In this document: in pieces, positions 41,617-55,825 of the stretch | Layout of the letters: each line of letters starts with the position of its first letter | Numbering within the stretch: the stretch's first letter is position 1 | DNA from: the human T2T-CHM13v2.0 reference genome, Homo sapiens | Assembly: GCF_009914755.1 (NCBI RefSeq) | Contig: NC_060930.1 | Strand: one strand, 5' to 3' | DNA: 64,000 nt | Notes under the pieces: model-generated | Databases searched by the model: none | Seen by the model: only the letters and a program-made list of their open reading frames with translations | What the model was told of the DNA's origin: nothing | Translations under genes and position numbers: made by a program

Positions 41617-42190
41617 GTGCCTAAAAACATTACAGCCCCATCCACTTGATGCCCACTCCCCACGTGCCATGGGAAGTTCAAAGAATCCTGAGACATCTAA
41701 ACAAAGCCCTTAAAAAAAAATTAAAAACCATTAAATCATTAAAACTATTGCTCTAGCCAAAGCTGTCTCTTCCTGAATATGGTTTGCAAATCCCAATTCC
41801 ATGTTTGTGCATTCCCTAAGTTGTTGTTTTCTACTCTTTGCCCTCCCAATACCCACAATGAAAGTGGGAGGAAATTCAGACATTATCTGAAAGAATGTTA
41901 GTAATGATGGGGAGTGTCAGGTTTACACTGGGGTGATCATGAAAATGCCGTTCTTTTAACGTCATAGTCTAGATTCCTAGAAAGCAAAGGTTATGACTAC
42001 TTAGTGAATTTCTTAAGATCTTGCAATGTGCATGCAAATACATAATAAATACAAGAAATAATCTTGTGTTCAGGCTTCTGTTAACTAGAATGCCCTGTTA
42101 ATTGTTACTCCATACTTCTATAATAATGGATCTCAGAAACTTGTTGAGGTTGCTTCTTAATTATCCAAAACCTGCGTTCATTATAGTTTT

Positions 42191-42737
42191 CTCTTTTTAA
42201 CACAAATACACTTTTAATTGATATCAGATAAAAACTACTCAGAGAAGGTCAGTAATTGTTTTAGCCCCTAATCTGTTAGAGCCCTATGGTGAGCAGCCTT
42301 GAGGAGCTGGGTTAACTGGTTATTTTCCCTAGTTTCCATCATCTGCAGTATTAGGAAAAACAAGGCACTGTCTCAGTTTAGGATAAACACATGGCTGGCA
42401 ACCAAATCCAGTCTCTTACATTCCATGTTTTTTCCTTAGCTCTTCTACTTTGTTGACGTAAGCTTTCATGGCATCTTCCTTGGTAGTCCCTTTCAGCTCA
42501 TTCCAGGCATCCCACTTGGTCTTGCCTTTGAAATCCAACATCCCAGGCCATTCTGTATTTATGTCGCCCACAGTTGCTTGTTTGTAGTGGCCATAGAGGA
42601 ACACATCTCATCATCCCCTGGCTTGGTCTTAAGGTGTTTAACGTCTTCCACAGCTCTCTCAAACTCAGCCTGAGACATCCTGGCCAGCTTGCAAGGACTC
42701 CAGGGAGCCCGTGGAGGAGGAGAGGAGCAGGAAGCAA
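42191..42737 (-). pseudogene. Processed DBI/ACBP (acyl-CoA-binding protein) pseudogene
   Basis: ATG at 42678, stop at 42416-42418. Translates [25 protein letters not shown] / [38 protein letters not shown]...; 263 nt (one base missing at 42603/42604). 5' and 3'UTRs and the ATTAAA signal are present, no introns. TSD tcat(t/c)atagtttt (42178-42190, 42738-42750) at a TT/AAAA site. Which named DBIP locus this is cannot be confirmed. Confidence 0.96.
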
Positions 42738-44677
42738 TCATCATAGTTTTAAAATTAAATATGTATACTCTGCCTAATTCTTTTAAAGATGCACTATATA
42801 TATGTATATATAGTACTATTTTCTTTTAAACTGGTAACAGGTTCCTTAAAAATTGTTGATAGTTTTCTGTCTCTGATAACGGAGATGTCAGTTTACCTTT
42901 GGAGCTGGATTCTTTTTCGGGGTGGGTGGGGGAATCCCCAAATTGTTCCTTGTGTGATATACATGTAAAGGAAATAACCATCCATGAGCTGATAAGGGGA
43001 GATAATTGGATCTTTGTGGGATCTCGACCAGGGCTCTGGCCCTTTGAGTAGATGGTGTCTCATAGCCCTCCTCAAGTGAGTGTCCAGCTCAGATTCCCAC
43101 TCTCAAGTTCAGAGTTGTCAAAATGGCCTGATGGGCCTCCAAAGCCCTGGTGAAGATGACCAGCAAAGGTAATTAAGTCCAAAGATAGAATTTGTGATAA
43201 GGGAGAAGAGTCTGCATTGGTGACCCTGATTCAGTGTCAGGGCCTTAATCAGATGGAGGAAGCACTCATTCTGGACTTAGTGCACAGCTGATACCAAAAT
43301 TTCCTTGGACCAGTATCTCCAGCGCTGTGGGTGTATCCTGACGAAAGGACTGAGGTTGTGATTGTATTATATATGGCTGATTCCTAGACAACTTGAAATC
43401 AAGGCTATGTGTCTTGTGGGACAACCATGGCTGAGTCTGTGGAGAAAGGGGTAGTTCCCCAAGGAACATATTGGTTATTTTACCAGCAAAAACGCAAATG
43501 AATAGCAGGCAAACAAAAACAACTGATTACACCATAAATACTAAAAATGATTTACCCCTTTTATAAAAGGTAAGCAAATGCCTATGCCTTTCTCAAGTTC
43601 AAGAATTATTATAACCATGCTTCCATTTCCAAAAGAAGGAAACTGTACCCATAGTGACTGTATAGAAAAAGAAACACAACAGAGGTTCAGAGTCATAGCT
43701 GGGCTGACTGCCTGCACACACCCAGCTGTTCTCTTAAAATCACAAAGCCCGTGGAAGTTCCAGACTCTGTTGTTTTGGCCCAAATTACATATTTCAACAC
43801 TTTATTGTTTGCTTTTGATGTCTGGGTTAGTAATTTTCATGCAAAAAGGACCATCTGGGAAAAACATTTTTTTGTGTCTCGTGGGTTCTTTATGGATAAG
43901 CAAAAATGCTCATTATTTAAGCAAAAATGTTTTTAATATGGAGCTGCAATGATGTTGTGAATAAGGAGTTATATCATTGTGCTATCCACTTCTATGCCCA
44001 GAAAAACAGAAACACATTGCTTTGTATTCATGAGGAAAGTGTAGAGATCACTGCAAGAAATGTGTTTTAGAAATAGCCCCAAATATTACTCTAGAATACA
44101 TTCTTTGTTATTAAGCTTTGTTAATAGCATAAGGAAAACAAATGCTTCAGTAAACTTTTTCACATGATCTTTCATAAAATTACAACATTTCTTAATATAT
44201 TTTTAAATCAAGAAAGCCACATATACAATATTAACTGGGAAAGAATATTTTAAAAAAAACAATTCTTAAAAATAACAGATTGGCATAATCAAATCAGGTG
44301 AGTTCTGGTGATTACTGAGAAATAAAACACCTGGATTTAATAAATCTTAAAGCACTTAACCATATAATAAAGCACAGAGCAATGGAAGAAAATGTGTAAA
44401 TTTGAAGTCTCATCTGATTTAAAGTCACAAAAATGAGGATCACACAAAATACTCTCGCCTTCCTGGGCAGAAGTGAATACATCAACACTGCAGGCTATGA
44501 CAGTGTAGTAGCTATTAACCCATTGTGGATAAACAATTAAAAAGCTTGATTACCCAATGTAAGATAATGTAAAGTAGCACTCTTCAAACGAGTCTGGGTA
44601 TATCAGAGTACATGCTGACTTGCCCTAAGAGACCATGTTGGGTGGGGTCATGGGGGGTGGCTTTAAAGAATCCAGGT

Positions 44678-44962
44678 TCTTAAGTGATTTAAGTCAAGAA
44701 CAGGAAACCAAATACAGCATGTTCTTACTTATAAGTGAGAACTAAGCATTGTGGGAGCTAAGCATTGGATACTCATGGACATAAACATGGGAACAATAGA
44801 CACTAGAGACCACTAGTAATCTACCTATTGGGTACTATGCTCACTGCTTGAGTGATGGGATCATTCATACCCTAAACCTCAGCATCATACAATATACCTA
44901 TGTAAAAAACCTGCACATGTACCCCCGAACCTAAAATAAAAGTTGAAATTAATAAATAATTT
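44678..44962 (+). mobile_element. L1PB-type 3' end
   Basis: tattgggtactatgctcac...aacctgcacatgtacccc...aaataaaagttg; perfect 17-bp TSD ctttaaagaatccaggt (44661-44677, 44963-44979). Confidence 0.9.
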
Positions 44963-45699
44963 CTTTAAAGAATCCAGGTCCTTACCCTCCATATGTTCTC
45001 TTTCCTAAAACACACCTGCCTACAGTATATCCCTCTGGTAGTTCTCCTCTTATCTCTCACCACTATCACCTTTCTCCCAATGTACTCAAGAACAAACCTT
45101 TTACTCTTCTTGAATCCAACTACACACATTTTTCCAGGGTGGAAAAAACCCTCATCAAACCAAAGGGTTTAAAATGTCAAAATTGAAATATGATATATTG
45201 GCAGAGGAAAAGAAAAGAGATTATCAGTAAGAAATATTGAAGGCATAGGTGTGTTATTTTGTACAAGTGACAAACTTATGAAATAATTTTTTATCAAAGG
45301 TTTTTATCTATTTAACTAGAATATTTAACCGGAAACCATGCTAGGAAGTTCCAGTCGGTTAAGATGTGTGTTCTCTCTGCATCTTTATGATTCTCAGTAG
45401 TGAGAATGAGCTTGATAATTTGCATTATTAACCTGCATCATGGCCTGTGTCTCAGTTGCATATGTGCATGGTTTCAAGGAAGAAGCGACAAAAATGTCCA
45501 TGTTTACTTGCATCAAGTTTTTCCAAAAAGGCCATTTATAAGAAAAATCATCTTTATTTTATTTAACAGAGACACGAATCTCCTGCTCACTGTCACTCCT
45601 CAGTTATTGTGTTTATTCAACTATTTGATGTTGTTTTGTGATACATAATTTATTTAATAGCAATCATCAATTTACTTTTTGTAAACTCTACAATTACTA

Positions 45700-45968
45700 G
45701 GGACTCAATACCTTCTCTTTTCTTTGCTGGTAATTCCCAGCAGAGTAAACTGGACTCTTTAAAATAAAACATTTACTTAGGTATGGGTGTATGATATCCC
45801 TCTGCCCCCTGTAGAGAGGGGACTGGCTCATAGTGAATCCTAGGCTTCTATTGTCCCTTGCTCCCTATCTGTAAGTAATAAGCCTGCTTCATGGAACTTG
45901 TATGTGACAGTTCTATCTCACTGGATTCAGACAAGTTGGTAACCAGTGCACAGTGAACCTGTGTCACA
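45700..45968 (+). mobile_element. ERVL LTR fragment (MER54/MER74 group)
   Basis: 3' end cactggattcagacaagttggtaaccagtgcacagtgaacctg. Confidence 0.55.
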
Positions 45969-47590
45969 CTGTTGGCTTAAAACCATCATTTAACTCTCAC
46001 AGTTCTGCTGTTCAGGAATTTAAGCAGTGCTCAAAAGGGAAAGCTCATTTCTGCAACATGTGCATTGACTGGAGAATCCATGATAGCTTTGCTCACATGT
46101 CACATTTCTCTAATGTTTGACTGAAGTGGCTGGGACCTGGCTGATCCTCTCTATCTCTCCCTTCACAGGCTCTTATACTCTGGGGCCTCTTTTTCTGCAC
46201 ATGCTCTCTCTTTACATGGATTCTTTATATAGCTGCTTGTTTCCTCTCTGAGTGAAAACAGAAGCTATATGACATTTGAATGTCTGGGCTCAAAAATCCA
46301 AGCATATGACTTCTGCTGCATTAAACTTGTCAAAAAAATCACAAGTTCAGTGCAGATTCAAGGTATGAGTAAACAGATGTGCTCTCTCGGTCAGAGAACT
46401 GGCAAGTGCATAAATAATTCTTACTGGCTGTAGTTACATACAATCTCCCACAGTCTGCCCTCTGGCCACAAAAACTCACATTACTTCCATATGCAAACTA
46501 TAGTCAACTGTTCCAAAGACTCCCAAAGTCTCAACAAATTATAATATCAAATCCTATGCCCAGTATCTCTTGATCTACATTGGGATCATACAGATGTGCA
46601 TGAAATTTCATAAGTGCAGCTCCTTTTGATATGAACTGTGAAGCAAAAATGCAAGTTATCTGTACCTCCATGCCCAACAATATAATGTTAAGACAGACTA
46701 GAATAACCATATTAGACATTCATTTATAAAAGGGAGAAATGAAGGCACAAAGCAGTCACTAGTCAACAGAAATTCTGAATTACAGCCAGGCTCATCTTAT
46801 CAGTGTCCCCTAATCTGAAGGCAAGGAATGTTTCTTGATTCAGGTTCAGTTTTGCTATATGGAAGTGATTACCTAATCCATTGCTTCTAATAGCTTATAC
46901 TTCTGTTTGCAGGGCTCTGGGCTCCACCCTCTGAATCATATTTCCTTTGTTCATAGGAAATTTTCCATGCTTGCCATCATGTAGCTGTCCCAGTCTACCT
47001 TTTGCAAAGCAAGTTGAGGGCCCAGAGAAAAATGAAATTAAAAAAAAGACCTTTTGTCATATTTCACCTTCCATGTCCTTTTTTAGTTCAAGCTGATATA
47101 ATACCTTAAGAAATTTAATGTGCTTCCTGTGTATCAAATTCTAAATCCAAAATCCAAAATAAATCTTCTTATAAGTGAAAAAGTCACACATACAAATCTC
47201 TTCAAGACAAGACCTTCTCTAATGCAGGCTTTGAGTCAGAGTGTTGTGGAATAATATTCTTAAAATTCTTACAAGCTGTTTTGTCTAGCTGAGAAGGTTG
47301 ATGAGGCACTGAGTTAAATTAGGGATCTTGTAACTACACTGTTGATTTGATCTTTACACTAAGGCCACATTTTATTGACAATTCCTGAATTCTATCTTTT
47401 TCCTGGGGCTCTTTCTCACTTTTAGAATATTTTTCTAACTCAAGAATGTGGGAATGAGAAAATATTTTATTTTCCTACTCAGCAAGTCCTCAGTTGGAAA
47501 TATTTTCTCTACATTTGACTTGAAAATGGAATCATTCCTGCTTAGTCAATATCATTTTTGCAATACCTTTTAATATGTAATATAAGAGGC

Positions 47591-49824
47591 TGTATTAGTC
47601 TGTTTTCATGCTGCTATAAAGACACACTCAAGACTGGGAAATTTGTAACCAAAAAAAGAGGTTTAATGGACTTACAGTTCCATGTGGCTGGGGAGGCCTC
47701 ACAATCATGGTGGAAGGTGAAAGGCACGACTCACATGGTGGCAGACAAGAGAAGAGAGCTTGTGCAGGGAAACTCCCATTTTTAAAACCATCAGATCTCA
47801 TGAGACTTATTCACTATCACAAGAACAGCACAAGAAAGGCCCGCCCTCATAACTCAATTACCTCCCACCAGGTTCCTCCCACGACACATGGGAATTATGG
47901 GAGTTACAATTCAAGATGAGATTTTGGTAGGGACACAGCCAAACCATAACATTCTGCCCCTGGCCCCTCCCAAATCTCATGTCCTCACATTTCAAAACCA
48001 ATCATGCCTTCCCAACAGTCCCCCAAAGTCTTAACTCATTTTAGCATTAACTCAAAAGTCCATAGTCCAAAGTTTCATCTAAGATAAAAGAAGTCCCTTC
48101 CACCTATGAGCCTGTAAAATCAAAAGCAAGTTAGTTACTTCCTAGATACAATGGGGGTATAGGCATTAGGTAAATACTGCCATTCCAAATGAGAGAAATT
48201 GGTCAAAACAAAGGGGCTATAGGCCCCATGCATGTCCAAAATCCAGTGGGTCAGTCAAATCTTAAAGCTCCAAAATGATCTTCTTTGACTCCAAATCTCA
48301 CATCCAGGTCACACTGATGAAAGAAGTAGTTTCCCATGCTCTTGGGCAGCTCAGCCTCTGTGGCTTTGCAGGGTATAACCCCTCTCCTGGCTGCTGTCAT
48401 GGCAGGCATGAGTGTCTGTGGCTTTTCCAGGTGCACGGTACAAGTGATCGATGGATCTATCATTCTGGGGTCTGGAGGATGGTGGCTTTCTTCTCACAGC
48501 CCAACTAGGTGTTGCCCCAGTAGGAACTCTGTGTGGGGGCTCCAACCACACATTTCCCTCCTGCACTGCCCTAGAAGAAGTTCCCCATGAGATCCCTGCC
48601 CCTGCAGCAAACTTCTGCCTGGACATCCAGGTGTTTCCATACATCCTCTGGAATCCAGGCGGAGGCTCCCAAACCCCAATTCTTGACTTCTTTGCACTGG
48701 CAGGCTCAACACCCCATGGAAGCTGCCAGGGCTTGAGGCTTGCACCCTCTGAAACCACAGCCTGAGCCACAGCCTAGGCTGGACACAGCACAGGTACCTT
48801 GGGACCTGCCCACGAAACCACTTATTCCTCCTAGGCCTCCAGGTCTGTGATGGGAGGGGCTGCCATGAAGACCTTTGACACATTGGAGACATTTTCCCCA
48901 TTGTCTTGGGGATTAACATTTGGCTCCTAGTTAGTTATGCAAATTTCTGCAAGCCAGCTTGAATTTCTCCTCAGAAAATGGGGTTTTCTTGTCTATTGAA
49001 TTGTCAGGCTACAAATTTTCTGAACTTTTATGTGCTGCTTCCCTTATAAAACTGAATACCTTCAACAGCACACAAGTCACCTTTTAAATGCTTTGCTGCT
49101 TAGAAATTTCTTCTGCCAGATACCCTAAATCATCTCTCTCAAGTTCAAAGTATCACAACTCTCTAGGACAGGGGCAAAATGCCACCAGTCTCTTTGCTAA
49201 AACATAACAAGAGTCACCTTTGCTCTCGTTCCTAACAAGTTCCTCATTTCCATCTGAGACCAATTCAGCCTGTCCATATTGCTATCAGCATTTTTGGCAA
49301 AGCCATTCAACAAGTCTCTAGGAACTTCCAAACTTTCTCACATTTTCCTGTCTTCTTCTGAGCCCTCCAAACTGTTCCAACCTCTGCCTGTTACCCAGTT
49401 CCAAAGTCACTTCCACATTTTTGGGTATCTTTTCAACAGCACCCCACTCTACTGGTACCAATTAGTCCATTTTCATGCTGCTGATAAAGACATACCCAAG
49501 ACTGGGCAATTTGCAACAAAAGAAAGAAGTTCAATGGACTTACAGTTCCACGTGGCTGGGGTGGCCTCACAATCCTGGTAGAAGGTGAAAGGCACATCTC
49601 ACATGGCAGCAGATAAGAGAGGAGAGCTTGTGCAAGAAAACTCCTGTTTTTAAAACCATCAGATCTCATGAGGCTTATTCACTATCACGAGAACAGCACA
49701 GGAAATATCTGTCCCATAATTCAATTACCTCCCACCAGGTTCCTCCCACAACACGTGGGAATTGTGGGAGTTACAATTCAAGATGAGGGGACATCTTGGG
49801 TGGGGACACAGACAAACCATATCA
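47591..49824 (-). mobile_element. Full-length THE1B-type MaLR provirus (LTR 47591-47951, internal ~1.5 kb, LTR ~49461-49824)
   Basis: Two similar LTRs in direct orientation; internal region starts ttctgcccctggcccctccc; TSD gaggc/gaagc. Confidence 0.93.
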
Positions 49825-49857
49825 GAAGCCAGTTGCACATGCAAAATTTTGCCCGGA

Positions 49858-50216
<359 letters not shown>

Positions 50217-50677
50217 CTATCTTTATATTTCTGCATTTAATAGTTTTTTCAAATGTTTCCTCACTGCTTAATATTGGGCATTCTTCTCCAGCCTCCAATA
50301 ATAATTTGCTTACTGATCTTCTAACTTCCATAAATAGTCCCATTGTTCTTCCAGTTTTTACCTGTAGTTCAGGGGCTGGCTGGGCTTCTTTCTACATCCC
50401 TCCATAGTGTCTCATGCATCAGAGGTTTTTTCTCTCCATGTGGCCACTCTCTCAAGGACAATAAGTGAACTTCCTCACATAGCAGCTGTTTTTCCCTCTG
50501 ATCAAAAGCAGAGGCTGTGTGAACATTGCAGGCCTGGACCCAAAAGTCCTAGAATGTCATGTCTGCTGTATTCTATTGGTCAAAACAAGTCCCAAGATCA
50601 GACCAGATATGGTTTACCCTCATCTCTTGATTAGAGAAGCCACAAGCAAATATGATATGCAAAAAACTCTTGGTCCT

Positions 50678-51116
50678 TACAGTGGGTTGAATAGTGGCCC
50701 CCAAATAAATGCTTATGTCCTAATTCCCAGAACCTGTGAATGTTACCTTACTTGGAAAAGGGGCCTTTGCAGATGTAACTAAGTTAAAGATCTTGAGATG
50801 AGGATATCAACCTGTCTTACCTAGGGGGACCCTCATCCAATGACAAGTGTTCCTATAAGGGACACACAAAGGAGAGCCACACAGGCAGAAGAAAAACCAT
50901 GTGAAGATTGAGGCATATGCAGCCACAAGCCAAGGAATGCTGGCATCTGTCAGATGCTGAAAGAGACAAGGAACAGAATCTCTTAGAGCCTCTGAAGGAA
51001 GCACTGATATCTTGATTTTGGACTTCTGGCCTTGAACTGTGAGAGAATCAATTTGTGTTGTTTTAAGTCACCATGTTTGTGGTATTTGGTTATGGCGGTC
51101 ACAGGAAACTAATATA
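50678..51116 (+). mobile_element. MLT1B/C LTR
   Basis: gggttgaatagtggccccc...gtcctaattcccagaacctgtgaatgttacc ... ggaaactaatata. Confidence 0.85.
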
Positions 51117-51399
51117 GCAGGTATGTTTGAAATCACTCTAATACATTATGCTTATATTATTTTTAATGTTCAGATACTCAACATAAATAAGCTTTACAAA
51201 AATTTTGCTTCAGTCTACATAAATCGGATATATAGTATTTATTAATAATTTTTAAGAAAAATTTTATTTTTGAAAATAATTTTTGAATGGAATGATTTTA
51301 TAGGATAATGAATATAAGAAAAATAATTTTCATTTTATAAATAGTTTTCAAAACTATAAATGTTGTCCCAGTGTAGATTTTAAATTGCATACTTACTAT

Positions 51400-51610
51400 A
51401 CAAATAACTGTCTAAAGCATTGCTTTCTGCAATGATGGAAATGTCCGATGTCTTCCCTGTCCCATGTTGTAGCCACTAGACACACGTGAATATTGAGAAC
51501 TTGAAATGTGGTTTATGTGACTGAGAATTAAATTTCAAACTTGATTTCATTCAGTTAATTTAAATTTAGACAAATGTGACTAGTGGCTACCATATTGGAC
51601 AAGTGTTGGT
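51400..51610 (+). mobile_element. MER3
   Basis: ctttctgcaatgatggaaatg...gtagccactag...tagtggctaccatattggaca. Confidence 0.85.
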
Positions 51611-51681
51611 CCAACAAATCCTTTTACAAGTTATGTGGTATATACTTTTTTTCTTGTAACAGAATTTAAGAGAAACATAAT

Positions 51682-52163
51682 TGTATTGCCCACTGGCGGA
51701 CTGAATTAGTCACGGCAACCACCCGTGGCCACATGGCAAGAAACACATGGCATGCATTAGGTAAAAGGTCAAGATATGTGTAATAAATAAACTATTTACA
51801 AATGTGAGCAGGATGTAAAGAAACCAAAGATAGTGTAATATCCTGAGAATAGTAACAAGAAGGTTGTCAATATCTTTGGGCCTAAAGGGATACAAGGAAG
51901 CGTTTACTAGGACCCAGAAGGAGATAGCATAGATAGGGTTACCTTGAAAGGGGATGTAATTTTTCAGGGAAGGAGCTGGGAGAATAAATAGCCATCTCTT
52001 CTCTTCCTCTAATCTCCTGCCAAGAGGTACTCATTGGTAAAATCCAGCTGGACGCAAGAAGGCAAGCATGCTGATATAGTCCATACAGGTCAGCCTCCAG
52101 GCAAGAAGTAAGGTAGAAGAGGATGGTATAGATCTAGAATGGTAAATAGAAGATATCCAACAC
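51682..52163 (-). mobile_element. LTR33/LTR41-like ERVL LTR
   Basis: gtccatacaggtcagcctcc...gatctagaatggtaaatagaagatatccaacaca. Confidence 0.65.
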
Positions 52164-52742
52164 ATAGAAAATTAAAATAAAATTATTATTTATTATAATG
52201 TGTTTTTGGCTGATCCAATACAGCTGATGTTTACAGAAATGAGTGACATCGTTATAATTAGACTTTTTCTATTTTGTTAACTTATTTATGTAAATGAGAT
52301 TTCCACACTCTGAGCCCTGCCTCATTTTAGCAATAAGTGATTCATCCAAAGGTACATAAACTGAAAGGAAGGGAGTGCTCCATTCATTTCAGATGTTTCC
52401 AAAAAATATGATAAGAATGATCATATGTTTAATATATTTAAATTAATGATGAGTTATAATAATATAATTCCAATTTAATCCAGGGGAAATTTTTCAATAG
52501 CAAGGGCATATAGTCGAAGAATTTTAAAATTTAATTTATATATATCCAGAGAGAGATTATACAGTAATTAATAAAAGACTTTTAAGCATAAAGATATATT
52601 TTATTAGGATAAAATTCTACAGAGAATAAAGAATGAATATGTAAGCTGAAGACAAAAAAAGAAACAATGTAAAATTTCTGACTTTTCTGAGTTTTTTTCC
52701 ACAAATGTATTTTTGTAAATGGATGAAGACAGGCATCAGGTT

Positions 52743-53477
52743 ACTCTGGTAGGTGAGGTATCAGCAAAAATGGCAGAGTATGAATTCCAAAAGTCTGTCC
52801 CTCCACAAAAGCCATGCATAAAGTGGCACAACTGTCAGAACCAACTTTTTCAGAACCTAGAATGTAATCAAAAGCTTACAACAACCAGGGGAACACTTAA
52901 TCAAGAAAAGCAGCCAAATCTCAGCATATGTCCTAGCAATTCCACTCCTGGGTATACACCCAAGAGAACTGAAAACATATGTTCACATAAAAATTTGTAC
53001 ATGAACATTCATAGCAGCATTATTAATAATAAATAAAAGCAGAAACAACCCATCAACTGATGAATGGATAAACAAAATTTGCTATAACTATACCATGAAT
53101 GTTATTCAGCCATTAAAGGAAATGAAGTATCGATAGGTACTATAGCATGAATGAACCTCAAAAACATTATGCTAAGTGAAAGAAACCAGTCACAAAAACC
53201 CACATGTTATATGATTCCATTTATATGAAATGTCTAGAATAGGCAAATCCACAGAGACAGAAAGCAGATTAGTAGTTGCCAAGGGATGGGAGATGAAGGG
53301 AATGGAGAATGACTGTTTAATATATATGGGGTTTCTTTTGGGATGATGATGAAAATGTTTTGGAGCTAGATAGAGGTGATGGTTCCACAATGTTGTAAAT
53401 GTACTAAAAGCCACTGAACCATACACTTTAAAATGGTGAATTTTATGTTATGTGAATTGTACCTCAATTTAAAAAAC
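52743..53477 (+). mobile_element. L1MB-type element: a 5'-end fragment (~52760-52924) joined directly to the 3' end (~52925-53477)
   Basis: aaaatggcagagta...ccaactttttcagaac...aatcaagaaaa (L1M 5' end), then catatg...agcaattccactcctggg...gaattgtacctcaatttaaaaaa. Confidence 0.8.
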
Positions 53478-53844
53478 TGTGGTATTAGGTTCCATTGGAT
53501 ACATTAACAGTATGATGGATTTTTATTTGAAAATTCAGAATTTTCAATATTCTTGAAGTTACCATCTTTATAACAATTTAATCTAGAAAGAAAAAATTTA
53601 GATATTACTTAAAAAATGTGTGGCAGGGTAGATTGAATCAAATGAGGCTGGTGATATTTGACTGTTTTAACCTATAAAATGACATTTCATATGATTCCAC
53701 TGTTCTTCAAATTTTCTAGAAGGTATATGAACAAATAAGTAGATCACTATGTAAAGGATTAGAGAAAGAAGGTAAACTTAGCACTTGTTAACTTGGGGGA
53801 AGTCAACTCCGGGTGAGTAAGAATTTTGAGAGGGAATGGAAGCA

Positions 53845-54075
53845 TGAGCAGTGTGTGATGGGGGCCAGCACACAAGCACCCCGGCCCTGGGCCTGCAGCT
53901 TGCCTTCCAATGCTCCACCACTTACTGTTATGGAGCGTCAGACAAGTTCATTACCTTCTGTGTCTCAGCTTTCTGCATTGTAGAGATGATACTAGTACTT
54001 ACCACATAGGGTTGTTCTGAGGATTAAATGACCTAATGTGTAAAAAGAGTTTAAAACAATACTGGTAAATACATG
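53845..54075 (+). mobile_element. MIR
   Basis: ccaccacttact...ctgtgtctcagctttc...catagggttgttctgaggattaaatga. Confidence 0.8.
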
Positions 54076-55272
54076 CTGCATTAGCGGGCCTCTGCCACAA
54101 TAACACTGCATAGCAAACAAGCACAAAATCTCAATGTTATTCAACAATAAGCATTTATTTCCCACTCTGCACCTGTGGATTGGTTAGACTTGCCTCACAC
54201 TGCAGTTTGGGACCAGGTCTGCTACACGAGTCACTCATCTTCCTTGGACCAGCAGTTAATTAAGGAACATTCTTCTCATGGCAAAAGGAAGGAATACAAG
54301 GAAATGTTAATGTCCCTTTTGAAGTAAGGCTTTTTCTTCTTAAGTTTTTTATTTCCTTTTGTTTTGTATGTTCTTCTAAATTCTTGTATTTTTATTGGAA
54401 TTTCAATAGAGAAAACATTACTATCCATTAAACATTCCTTGGTTGTGAAGCAAATTCATGCTTCAGTCAAAAACACTGGTGTGTCCCATTCTTTGAAACA
54501 GTCATCTTCCCTTCTGCACCGAATGAGCTACATGAATCCCATACAACATTGATAAAGAGAGATGGAGAAATATAATTTCCTTGGATTCTGAATTCATTTT
54601 GATTATAATTTTCTCTCCTCTTCTTTTGACAAGCCAGTCTTCCGTGCTGTCAGAGCAATTTTGTAGCATCTACTAAAGAGAAATAATTTGGAAAACACAT
54701 CACATGTGCTAGCTGAGAGATTTATCTTGTCAGGCAGGTGAAGCAGAATTCAAGGGGAATTTGCATCTCTTCCCATAGTTTGGCCTGTATGTTTTATTAT
54801 CAGAAACCAACAAAGTTTTAATTCCACCTTCTTCTGTTTTCTGGTGAGTAAACAAAGGAAGACGTTTTGATAAAGAGACTTAATGGGAGAAGCTGATGTA
54901 TTATACCTTTGCAGATAACGCAAATTTATAAGCCTAAGGAAATACATTTATCACTTCCTCCCACCTGAATAGACCGTTTAGCTTGTGAAATTCTGATAAT
55001 AAAGTAAAGAAAATCAACACTTTTTTCCCCACATAGTACTGCTGTAAATTACATGAAAAGTGATCACATGTGCCTGGCCAGGATGAAAATACCTTGAGAT
55101 CAAGTCTTTACTATAATACTAATGTGTAGATGGTAGAGTCCTTTTGGCCAAAAAGCAAGAAAGCACCTTTGTTACAAGTACGTAACGTAGCTTCCAAACA
55201 CTAATACTTTTTTCTGGGTTGCAATTCTAATCGGCAAAGATTGAGTGTGAATAATACACTTGATTTTGTTGA

Positions 55273-55595
<323 letters not shown>

Positions 55596-55825
55596 TCCCA
55601 GCCATTCTTTTTAATTGCAGTTTAAATGTTTTACATTGTGATTATATTTCCTTAGAGCGAGGGAGATTTAGCCTAGCCCCAAAATGGAAGGTGTAATATC
55701 ACAGGAAGTCCTAGCTACTACTCTGCCCTCTGAAGTTCAACTAAAAATGATTATGTACCTTTGATCACATGTTTGATTCTCAGTCTTAAGAAATGTGTGT
55801 GTGGGCACTATGCAACCATTCATCA

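Noticed and set aside
51686-51700. CTCF-like motif (ccgccagtgggca on the minus strand)
   Set aside because: An imperfect match at the edge of an old LTR; cannot be supported without ChIP data.
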